Of a DNA stretch of 64,000 nt, positions 52,901 to 64,000 are shown piece by piece. The notes below the pieces were generated by a model. That model made no database searches. It saw only the letters and a program-made list of their open reading frames with translations, and was not told the DNA's origin. The stretch covers positions 62,001 to 126,000 of the forward strand of contig CBFFRP010000238.1 of NCBI GenBank assembly GCA_965644295.1, in the 5' to 3' direction. Numbering within the stretch: position 1 is the stretch's first letter; every line of letters starts with the position of its first letter. Source of the DNA: Paraphysomonas bandaiensis. Taxonomy: Eukaryota; Protista; Chrysophyceae. A program made the position numbers and the translations under genes.

Positions 52901-55900
52901 TAGTCGCACCACAGTTGTTTAAAGCAGTGATGACAGGACCAGCAGCAATGTCCTCTTCTTCGCCTCCATCTTCATCCCTCTCGTATATACTCATCCCCCA
53001 TCGATTCTCAATCATTGTGCGGAAGGAACGGATAATCCACGTGGTTGTCTCCGTGCACCTCGCATCAAGTCGTTTCTCGCCATCTTGTACCTCCAATCGG
53101 TCTCTAACATGGGAAACGAGCTTCATAATCAAAGCTTCATATCTCACATCTGCTACTACGTTCTCATTTACTGACGGAAGCTTCTCTATCTTAGCAATAA
53201 ATTCTTTGTTTTCAGAGGCAGTTAATTCCTTGACTTCCTCATCCTCCTCAAGCGCCTTTATAAATACGCTGTACTGCGTTAGCACTTTGACAGATGGTGA
53301 CATTTCCTCATCTTCATCTTCTTCATCCAATAGATCAGACGCACTATTCATTTCAAACATTGCAGGGTCCACAATTAGTGTCCTACCAGCGCTTTTGTTA
53401 AGCCCATCTAAACTACTAATCAGATAGCCCTTGTGAGTACTATTGAGAATAGGCGAGTGAAGATCAAATAACGATTTTAATTTTTCAAAAAGTGCACCGA
53501 TCAAGTCATTTACTTGCTGCATTGTCATTTGAACTTTATCGTTCACTGAAACTGTTTCTTCGGCTCTTATTTTTGATGGGTCGTAGCAGTAATTGAAAAA
53601 ACCTGACACTATCATTGCACAAACAATAACATACTCCGACTTTTGTCGACTCACACCACTTCTTTCCCACCCAACCTTCTCTACCAGACGGAAGTCTTCC
53701 ACAGCGTCATCAAAAATTGGGACAAAAGTCTCAAGAAGTCTCCACAATCTAGCAGATTGCGATAAACCTGGTATTATGATTTCCACTTCAATAATGGCAT
53801 CGAATAAAAACAAACCCAAGCGGCTTTTAACAATGAGTAAACTTCTCTCATCCAACATCGCGTCAATAATATCCTGATAGTCAAACACTGACTGTACTTT
53901 AGCCTCTACGGTTGTAATATTTACCCTCCCTACTGTGCACCCAGAAAGGACACGTAAGAACTCGAGGTGGTACGCTAGCTCATGTGGCAGTTCAAAAACA
54001 TCGATGTCCTTTACATCCGCATAGGGAGCCATGAGTTGTACCTTTTGCTCATAGGAAGGGTCGTCCACAGGACAACAGAAACTAACCATTTTAGACAGTC
54101 GCGAGGGTGCAATTAATTGTTTCACAATTTCGTATTGGTTCTCGAGAATATTTCTCTCCCCCACATTGGTGATGGAAGCCAATAGGGTTAGATACTGGGG
54201 ACGACGCCCGATACGACAGACCTTATCTGTGAAATCGCCAATGAGGTAGCGTGGACAAGCCCGCATCAGCTCGTCGTTGTCAACAAATATAGCGTGAAAA
54301 ATCTTGTGACTACCGATTTTCATATCGATAGTGCCCAGAAAAAAATCTAGCTCTGAAAAAGCTAAAGCTTGATTTTTCTTGTTACCCACAACAAACCAGT
54401 AGAACAGTTCGTTGCACATACTAACGACCTCATGATTCACATCTTCCGCAATTTCTGAGTCGTCTTCGTACTCATTCAATAGACGAAGAACATCAAGACT
54501 GATTTCCATAAAGCCAAGATTGCGAAGCATATCCTGCACCTCAGTATCGGCCTCGTAATCTTCATTGAAGCAAAGAACTTTGCGACGGTGTCTACACATG
54601 TCGAGTAGCCGAGAGAGAATCGTCTTCGTTTCGTTATATATCAACCTGTCCTCTTCACTCTCTTGTTGGCACCATAATTCATTCGTTTCGGCATTGTGAG
54701 CAAGTTTTCGCAGCATATCTGAAATTTCATGCCGCTGCTTCTCTCGCTTGGATGAAACAAGCAATTGAACATTTTTAGCATTCTTTAGAAGAATACTTCT
54801 AGTAGAATGAGCAGCCATGAGAACATCAAGTACAACTTGGACAAGATTAGGATGGACAAACATTAGGTTGTCAATAAATATATCGTCAAAAGATCGTTTA
54901 GCAACAAGAGATAGCTCTCTTGTGCTCTCTACTGCGTCTTCAAAAATTTCTGCAGGGGTCCGCTTATCAAGCCCTTGTTCCCAACGGTAGAATGACCGCA
55001 ACAAAATCGACAAGTTTCTGTCCTCCAATATTTTTTCGACATACGAGAGAATATTAACGGCAGCCACCATTGTATCAAGTTCATGTGAAGGTGTCTTCAG
55101 ATAACGGATGGGCATTTTCCAGTCGTCGTGCTTCTTTGCACCCAAATCTTTCAGTTTCTGAACCAGCCTGGCGGCACGGAAAACGCGAATCAAACGTACA
55201 AGTCTCACCGCCCTGAGTGCCTTCGCAAACTCTGCCCCAGATCCTGACAACTGAGGTGTACCAAGAATCACCAAATCGATAATTACGACACCCACGTCAA
55301 TAACATTGAGTATATTACGAAAAAAGGAGTGAAAGTTGTTATTGATATAGACGTAGCAATAGTAGCGGAGTGAAACTTCCACGCAGAATATGGATATAAC
55401 TACATATTCAAAGTATTTGTACCCAGCATTTTGAGAGTGCGTCAACAACTGTACAACATTCGCAGCCAATGCAACAACAACCAAAAGTATGATAAACAAC
55501 AGCACACTCAACGAGTCCAAGAAATCATATGTCTTCTTTTGCCAAGGTGTGGCCCTTTCTTCTCCTTCTATGTCCTTTACGATGTCTTCTTCAACGGTTT
55601 CGTTTAGAGCCGACATGCTCAGTTCAGACGCGACTCGGGCCATGTTCTTTGATCGCAATCGTCGTATCTGCGGGGTACCACTGCGCTTTCCCTTCAATCT
55701 TTTCCTTCCCGATACCATTGTGGTAGCCTCAGTTGTGTGCACATGCACTTCCATCTTACGCCTATCCAGTGCTCGAATCAGTGGATCGATAACATCTTCA
55801 AGTCTCTCCGAAGTTCCATAGAAGTTAAACTCCACTAATTTATACATTAGCTGCATCATGTACAAAGACAATGTGTTCCAAAAATTTCCTTTCATTTGAT

Positions 55901-58692
55901 CCACGTGCTCGGATATTACATCCTGGAGCAGACCAAACAAGTATCTTCGCTCGGGTTCAACATAAGGGAGTTGTGGGATTTCATTTTTAGTCACTTGACT
56001 CCATGATCTCGTGAGAGACGGTATAACACTGACAACCTGAGGATCCCGATCCACATACAGATGCAGTACCAGGTTTACAGCAGCAGACTTAAGATACTCA
56101 TTCACTTGCATCTTTATCATAGCCACAAGCGCCTCGTATGGAAAAAGCGGCTCCAAGCTACGCATAGCGATGTAGTTTCGGCTCAGGCACATCTCTGCAG
56201 CCAAAAACAACTCGGAAGTAAAGTATTCCGCGACAGCCATCTTCTTGTCAAACACAGACATCTGGCGGTCATTAAATCGGTTTTTGTCATCCACATCCGC
56301 TACCATTGCCCCGCCTGGCTGAAACAAATCCGCCACAGGAACTTTATCCACTTTAAACAACTCTGCTGAGCTGAACCCAGGGCTACTCGTGTACCAGGAC
56401 AAAAATAATTGTGGTGCCCCATCAGTGACCATAGCGTACCCAAGAGTAGGGCTTGTTCCATCGAAGTATAGCTTCTTGTTACCGTTCCAGTGGACTGGCA
56501 CTCGAACACTATCGCAGTGGACTTGAATAATAATATCACTTATATCCTTGAATACAACTTCCGATACAGTGATCTGGTTTCCAACAACACCGCGACCAAG
56601 GCAGGAACAGCAGGCTCGCAGCAGCTTCAGATACATGCTGTTCATACTCGACTCTTTTAGTTTTTCAGTGAAAATCGTAATTTCGCGGACACCAATTTTC
56701 TCCTCCTGTAGCTCCATATTGGTTGCCAACATGTCTGTAACACATTTTGCTGCAAGTGACTGAGAGCCAACGTGCGCCAGAAGAATTGGCATAGCATCCG
56801 CAACAAACATTTGATTGCGTGGATTGAGAAGAACTGTATGGTACAAGAGGTTCAGACACTGTTTTATAATAGCTTGACCCATCCGCACAACCGCCTTCTC
56901 CTCCTCTGATTTAAAAGCCAGTGTCTTAGACCCAGATACGCTATCCAAACGCACAGATATCGGAATTAGTTTATCCAACAGCTTCATAAGAATATCCAAC
57001 GTGCCCTGATCACAAATCATGTTCTGTCGATTGCTGCGAACGAGATCAAGAGGCTTCTCTGCCAGTGCAATATTTTCACATGAAATAGAGTACCCTTGTG
57101 CAAATGAGTTGATCCTCTGCATTGTTGTCTCAAAGAACTGCAGCTCGCTATGATCTGTGTTGGGCCACACAGTACCAGAAGAATAATCCGAATTCTCAGG
57201 TATCTTCGTACGACGTAAAGTGTTCTTGAGATAGTTTCTTGCAGACACACCTACATAAACATCCCAGGGCTCCTGAATTACTCCCCTGTTGTCTTCCGTT
57301 ATTGGCACAGCTGTGCCCACTTCTTCTTTCCCTTCTGTGTACCGATGGATGAGCAGACTGACAGCTGCATTGCGATCCCGCGTACCCACGCAGGTATATA
57401 CATCAGCACTATCATCATATTCTCCCCTGCTAACCCATACACCACTCTGAGAAATCTGCACTGCCTTTGCATTTGAAAGGTATGTAGCAGTGCTGAACAG
57501 CTCATTGACGTTGAATAGGGTTCCAGGGTGGGCAATGTCGTGTGTTGTTGAGAGCAGAGGAACTAGTCTAGTGCCTCCAGAGGGATCCTCCATCAGAATA
57601 TTTTCCATTGACAAATACCGCCCTGTGTTCAAATTGCGGAATCTCACTAAGTCAGATTTCCATTGCACAGGGCCTCCAACTACAGTAAGTTTCGACTCCA
57701 ATACCCATAGAGCAGTTGTGTCCAACTCCCCTTTGGTGCTCGCCGGCTGAATTACAATTTCACTGTTATCATCAACAGTAGGAATTGTAGATGCTCCATC
57801 CTCTCTGTCCTCATTGTTGGCAAAGATAGATATGTTAGAACGCGTCTCAGGATCATGAATGAAGACCAACTGAGAACAGAAGAGTAGATTGGGGTCAGCT
57901 GCATCAGAAACATTCTGGAAACAGACAAGTTTCCATGAAGTATTCTCAAGTGAACAGTTGACCTCATGAGAGTATTCCGTAGGCGGGGGCTTGTCGGAGC
58001 AGTGAATGAACTCATTTGGTCTTTCTGATACTTTAAAATACACCTCTGTGTTACTGAGGATGGTATCACCTTCGCGATCTATCTTATAGCGTGGGAGAAT
58101 TTGTAACCAAGAATATGTACTTCCTTCAGCGGAGAGTGATATACGAATATTTTCCCTTTCGTCTCGCGCCAGCTGGTCCGGTATAATTGTTACAAATTTT
58201 CCCGATTTGACATGAAGAAGTTGAATAACATCACCAAAGCACACAGGAGTACCGATCTTCTGCTTCATGTAGGATTCATTTAATTTATTTTCATTATCCC
58301 GACCACGCTACACATTACCGTCAATATACGAAGTGAAGTATACAATAAACCTACTGATACCTGCAGCGCCTTCAGAAATTTAGAGGTATTACCATCCTCC
58401 ACATTATTTACATCTACTTCATAGGTGAGCAAAAACTCTTCCAGCTCACGAGATGCAGAGTATTGTCGTTGCAAATGAATACAGAATAAAGCATCTTCAA
58501 AGGATGACAATGAGTTGCTGACAACAATATCCTCCAGTAATATTCCCTCAGCACAGAGATAGCTATTGATCGTCAAGTTTTTGATAGTGATGTAATCTCC
58601 AATTTTTAGAGAGGCTGCAATAAAAAAAGTATCAATATGCAGTTGAATAGCAAAATACACTATTTACCATTCTCATTAGAGTTAAACTCCAT
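49958..58692 (-). CDS. IP3R/RyR-superfamily Ca2+ release channel (~2858 aa; exons 58692-58668, 58614-58361, 58307-51327, 51274-49958) with inserted voltage-sensor domain and C-terminal C2-like domain
   Basis: SLKIGDYITI, FGDVIQLLHVKSGKF (suppressor/MIR), VRFRNLNTGRYL, RIH repeats (RQNMICDQG, VQDMLRNLG, NKKNQ), RIH-associated RFLQLMCEGH..NQDIMREQ, EVIQGPCEKNQ, 6 TMs, filter GVRLPGGIGD, TM6 LLNVIFGIIIDTFGDLR, Zn-finger CFMCG..H..DHNMWNY. Exon phases join in frame. Confidence 0.95.
55141..55550 (-). other. S1-S4 voltage-sensor domain embedded in the IP3R-like channel
   Basis: S1 VLLFIILLVVVALAANVVQLL; S2 FEYVVISIFCVEVSLR; S3 NILNVIDVGVVIIDLV; S4 KALRAVRLVRLIRVFRAARL. Confidence 0.9.
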
Positions 58693-60733
58693 CACCAGAT
58701 TAAGAGTCGATTAATAGAAACCAATTGAATATACTCTGCTATAATATACACAAATCTATTGCATGAAAGCACCAGTTCTATAGATTTCCATGGATCGATA
58801 GGCTGAATATAATGCACCCTCCCTGCGAAGATGTCCGAAGATGTAATTAATCGATGAGATTATATATATATGGATTGATTATATGTGCCATACCACTCTG
58901 TGCTCATCATATATACATACACATCTCCTACCGTTTCATACTTCCAGACTGTTTGTTTGTTGTCCGGTTTTTTCGTTTTTTTATATCGACATGACAAATA
59001 AATATGCTTTTGTATCCATATATTCATATATTCATCATAAAAAACCATGTTTTTTAGCTCACTTTAACATCTACCACAAAAAATACCAAAAAAAGAAGTA
59101 TATTCTCAACCACAGTAAAAGTAGTATATCGTATCGGCAGTCAGCATCTTATTGTTTCGGAAATAAATTGAAGCAAATATACGCTACATTACTGAGATAA
59201 AACTACGGCTGGAATACATATAATTGTTGTCTCAATATTAGAGGCATCTTTGAACAAAAATATACAAAGGATGCCAATACGATCTCCAGGCAGGTCAGCA
59301 GAAGTCTATGATATCAATATCTTCATTATCCTTATGAAGCATATCTCTAAACCTTATGATATTTGTTGATAATCTTTCGTTCATATGGAAGGCTATCTGA
59401 CATGAACCAGTGTGATGTGCCGAAGAATCCTACTACCTCTAATCAGAGCTGATATGAGCAAATGAATATAAGGATATTACGCTAATTAATGTATATGTAC
59501 TGTGTATTTGTATTAGCGAGTGCTGTTGGGGAAATATATATGGATGTATAGTGCAGAGTGTGTACGAAGGAAGTATGAGTATGTGAGAAGCAGGGACGCA
59601 CTGAGTCCTCCCTTTCAGTGGTATGAGAAGCTTGAGGCGACTGCAAGCAACAGAGTGCACAACCACAATGTTTTTATCATTTTTAGCTTGCACGACCAAA
59701 CACTGTTTTATCTGTATCTGGCATTTAATTATGCCAGATTTAACAAGCAGCGTATATATTCTTCGATTTATAGACAAAATGTCTATTACAAATCACCCGT
59801 ACAACTTGGCTTATGACCTGGACTGTCTATTTACTGAGCTGTGAATAGATAACGCATCTAATATATGCAAAACGATTGTCTGATGTGTTGTTGAACAGGC
59901 ATGGTTGACGGTTGACCATGAGGTAGGTTGATGATAAAAACTGCATACAAGCAACAGTTATTTAGCATTGCAATATTCATTATTGAGGATTGACAATTGA
60001 GCCAGCTATGTGTATCTCATAGTATGATTCCTATAAGTAGTAAGTAATAAGTAATGTGTTACTAGGTGTGAATAGAAGTAAGTGCTACTAAGTTATGTTC
60101 AAAACTCCTAACCAATATATAATTTTGCAGTCCGGCTTAGATTGCTCATCTACCCTTCCGGTTTTCTTGTGTGTCTATAGTGTGCTTTAGTATATTTTAG
60201 GAAAGCCGCGCAAAGTATCAGATAACTGAATAATATTACTGTTGTCATTCCTGAAGCAAGCTAAGGACTACTTTCACAGTCATCTAAATTATTTTAATTC
60301 TTCATGTACCCTTATTAGGATTCAGCTTAATACATGATTGTATCAGTGAGTTATAATGTTCAATGAAATATACCATGAACTGAATTAGAGAGAGTATCTG
60401 TCGAAGATACGTGATCGTCATTATAACGTCGTCATTATCAGTTACACTTCTAACTATTCCATTATGCATGATAGCTACGTTCTATATCGTTATTCATAAT
60501 TTTCACTCTACCGTGTTCATTACTTACACTCTAATAACCACAACATTATTTTATTATTATTATAAAGATCAATTCTTTATTCATTTATAACTAGTCTAAG
60601 TATTAGAGATAATATAAGTAAATCAATTAATCTAAAATATGATATTTGAAGTCATCAACATATAAATGATTTATTAAACTATTTTTTAAACAAAAATAAA
60701 TATAATTAATTTGCCATGTCTATATATCCCAAT

Positions 60734-63145
60734 GGGATCTATTATTGAACCTAGTCAAATTGGTGTAATTTCCTAGTCACACCAAAATTGGTGTAAAAAC
60801 CTAGTCAAGCGGTTGAAAAACCTAGTCATTTAATAATTCATATTTTCAGTTTACAATGACTAGGTTTTATGGTATTCACCTAGTCAAAAATAAAAATTTT
60901 CATTCAAACATGGGAGCATACTCTATCCATCAATTGATAAATGTAGATATTGTATACATGCAATACATAACATTATAACGTTGCATTCCAATGAGAAATT
61001 GGTGACCATGTCCGGTGCTATTCCATAGCTTCCCAAGGGCCATGACATCGGTGGGTTCACCGTTGATGAGGGACCTCGCTGCATTGTGAGTCTTGATGGA
61101 GATCAACATGTGCTTCACATCAATGTTCCCTGAGCACATAATTAAGATATGTAGAGAGTTATAAATGTATTTTACATACCTCACAAGCGATATTGGGTTT
61201 GCACTTGATTATTAAGGGATCTCCCGTACAACATACATAATATTATACTGTGATGTCTGTCATACAATGATTAGCACTCACAAGATTGTAAAAAGTATTG
61301 TGTCACAATGATTAACAGTCACAAGAACGCAAAATATATTGTAATATATAAATGCAGAGTACATATCTATTGCACATACCTCACTAGAGGTAGGATCAAT
61401 AGCTGCTAGTACCCACAGCGCGGGCAGTTGTAGACAAGAACGATAATAATATAGGTTTCGCTCTTGATTTTGTAAGCTTCCTCCCTTACAGCATATATAG
61501 GCTGTGGTACCTATAATACAGTGATCCGTACTCTACTAAAACACATCAGTACAATATAAAACCTAGTCATATACTTACAGTTCAGAGGACCTGAATCCAA
61601 AATACGACATACCCATAAGCCACACTCATGATACTGTAAGACTGATGACACACTCATGATGCTGTAAGACTGATGACACACTGTAAGACTGATGACACAC
61701 TCATGATACTGTAAGACTGACGACACACTCATGATACTGTAAGACTGATGACACACTCATGATACTGTAAGACTGATGACACACTCATGATACTGTAAGA
61801 CTGACGACACACTCATGATACTGTAAGACTGATGATACACTCATGTTACTGTAAGACTGACGACACACTCATGATGATGCTGTAAGACTGATGACACACT
61901 CATGATACTGTAAGACTGATGACACACTCATGATACTGTAAGACTGATGACACACTCATGATGCTGTAAGACTGATGACACACTCATGATGCTGTAAGAC
62001 TGATGACACACTCATGATACTGTAAGACTGACGACACACTCATGATACTGTAAGACTGATGACACACTCATGATGCTGTAAGACTGATGACACACTCATG
62101 ATGCTGTAAGACTGATGACACACTCATGATGCTGTAAGACTGATGACACACTCATGATGCTGTAAGACTGACGACACACTCATGATGCTGTAAGACTGAT
62201 GACACACTCATGATGCTGTAAGACTGATGACACACTCATGATGCTGTAAGACTGACGACACACTCATGATACTGTAAGACTGACGACACACTCATGATGC
62301 TGTAAGACTGATGACACACTCATGATGCTGTAAGACTGATGACACACTCATGATGCTGTAAGACTGATGACACACTCATGATGCTGTAAGACTGATGACA
62401 CACTCATGATGCTGTAAGACTGATGACACACTCATGATACTGTAAGACTGATGACACACTCATGATGCTGTAAGACTGATGACACACTCATGATACTGTA
62501 AGACTGATGACACACTCATGATGCTGTAAGACTGATGACACACTCATGATGCTGATGTTCTGATGCTGCTCTACAGTCCACTTCAATGATGCTGCTTTTA
62601 GAAGTTTGTTCCCTGAAAACCTCCTTTTTTTCTTCGTTGGACTAAAAATAGGGAGATTTATGCACCCCTGAAAGCCAATACAGCAATCGAAGTCATTCAT
62701 TCAGTGCTGAAGTGAAGGAAGATGAGCGCCATCACTCCCAGCATATGAAGATCTCAAGATGTCCTGCGGATCATAGAGTGAGTTATGCCCACAGCTTCAT
62801 GGACCCTCCTCCCCATAACACTCACAGGGACCATCGCTATATGCATACATGCTACAGATAGGCTAGATAGACATACACGTACATCTGTGTTATGTAGATA
62901 TGTATATATGAGCTTATTGTTATGTTCGAGTGTTTGTTTTGATGCTCTGTAAGCCACTAATATATTGTGTGGTGTGAGATGGTATCTTAGACAGTCACAG
63001 TGTGTAATCAATGGATATAAGAACGACTAGGTTGAATACCAAAGTTGACTAGGTTGAGTCATTTATTACTTTGACTAGGTTATTCCACCAAAAATAGCGT
63101 GACTAGGTAATTCAACCAATTTGACTAGGTTGAATAATATTTCCC
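60734..63145. mobile_element. Non-autonomous TIR DNA transposon (MULE-like), 2412 bp, TSD ATATCCCAAT
   Basis: Left GGGATCTATTATTGAACCTAGTCAAATTGGT vs reverse complement of right GGGAAATATTATTCAACCTAGTCAAATTGGT; multiple subterminal CCTAGTCA/TGACTAGG motifs; identical 10-mer at 60724-60733 and 63146-63155. Confidence 0.88.
61621..62554. repeat. 28-bp tandem minisatellite (~33 copies): GACACACTCATGAT(G/A)CTGTAAGACTGA(T/C)
   Basis: Head-to-tail units with no spacers and two main polymorphic positions. Confidence 0.97.
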
Positions 63146-63202
63146 ATATCCCAATACTTAAGAAATGACCATAAAAACTGTTTACTAACTCGATTGAGAA
63201 TA

Positions 63203-63940
63203 ATAGATTTCTATTATACATAAGGCGTGAACCCAATACAAGGTTTCACACTGCAATATACGCATTAAAAAGCTTCTGGCTACTCCGAAGCCTGTCCAAA
63301 ACTCTTTTTATGTGTGTGCGGAGGATCGAAACTCATTTCTGCTAGGGCTCTTTTTATATTCCCATGCAGTATAAAGATGTCAGTATCATGGACTCTCTCG
63401 AGAATTATAGATTTCTATTATACATAAGGTGTGAACCCAATACAAGGTTTCACACTGCAATATACGCATTAAAAAGCTTCTGGCTACTCCGAAGCCTGTC
63501 CAAAACTCTTTTTATGTGTGTGCGGAGGATCGAAACTCATTTCTGCTAGGGCTCTTTTTATATTCCCATGCAGTATAAAGATGTCAGTATCATGGACTCT
63601 CTCGAGAATTATAGATTTCTATTATACATAAGGTGTGAACCCAGTACAAGGTTTCACACTGCAATATACGCATTAAAAAGCTTCTGGCTACTCCGAAGCC
63701 TGTCCAAAACTCTTTTATGTGTGTGCAGAGGATCGAAACTCAGTCCTGCTACAGTTCTTTTTATTCTCACACCACTACATATGTCGGTAGCATGGACTCT
63801 CTCGAGAATTATAGGTTTCTATTATTCATAAGGTGTGAACCCATTCAAGGTTTCACACTGCAATACACTCAAACAAACAAACGAAATATTTCCGAAGCCT
63901 GTCCAAAACTCTTTTTTTGTGTCTGCGGAGGATCGAAACA
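63203..63940. repeat. 204-bp tandem repeat (~3.6 copies, later copies diverged)
   Basis: Duplicate ORFs start at 63364 and 63568 (period 204). Each unit carries the hairpin GTGTGAACC-caataca-AGGTTTCACAC. Confidence 0.92.
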
Positions 63941-64000
63941 ATTGTGTCACATATTTTTATGGTGTTTTTTGTGTGCACATTGGCATTCTATGGAGTTGGC

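Noticed and set aside
52777-53427. 216-aa plus-strand ORF and other antisense ORFs within the IP3R, myosin and GNAT genes
   Set aside because: Antisense shadows of long coding exons (Ser-rich mirror of Glu/Asp codons).
55141-55550. Hv1 proton channel gene nested in or mis-joined to the IP3R
   Set aside because: It is in frame within one uninterrupted exon, lacks the Hv1 S1 Asp and the RxWRxxR S4 signature, and IP3R homology resumes on both sides.
17608-58692. Ca2+-signalling gene cluster (CDPK, MRS2-EF, IP3R-like)
   Set aside because: The genes are 12-17 kb apart with unrelated genes between; co-location is plausibly chance.
61621-62554. CRISPR-like regular array
   Set aside because: Units are head-to-tail with no unique spacers, there are no cas genes, and the context is eukaryotic. 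It is a minisatellite.
63364-63831. Two near-identical short ORFs (MQYKDVSIMDS...)
   Set aside because: By-products of the 204-bp tandem repeat; no coding evidence.

Overview
Compact eukaryotic nuclear DNA with short (~50-70 bp) GT-AG introns; the gene content suggests a stramenopile/ochrophyte-type protist (inference only). It holds about 18 protein-coding genes: a BRCT-protein 3' end, mitoribosomal bL28m, a myosin with a MyTH4-PH tail, PEX22-like, TAPT1/EMP65, a membrane-anchored CDPK, a sulfotransferase, a secreted alpha/beta hydrolase, an O-fucosyltransferase, VPS53-like, MRS2 with an EF-hand, a TM-GNAT, a LEA-like protein, a Methyltransf_16 enzyme, a CX9C protein, a RING/SIM protein, a coiled-coil protein and a ~2858-aa IP3R/RyR-family channel. 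Mobile and repeated DNA includes a Ty1/copia LTR element with a matching TSD, a non-autonomous TIR element carrying a 28-bp satellite, and a 204-bp tandem repeat. The standout is the IP3R-like Ca2+ release channel. It has a complete S1-S4 voltage-sensor domain inserted in its cytosolic region, appears to have lost the IP3-coordinating residues, and ends in a C2-like domain, making it a candidate single-polypeptide voltage-coupled Ca2+ release channel. Also striking is a run of 14 genes arranged as 7 consecutive head-to-head pairs. All family calls come from motif recognition by eye, not database searches.
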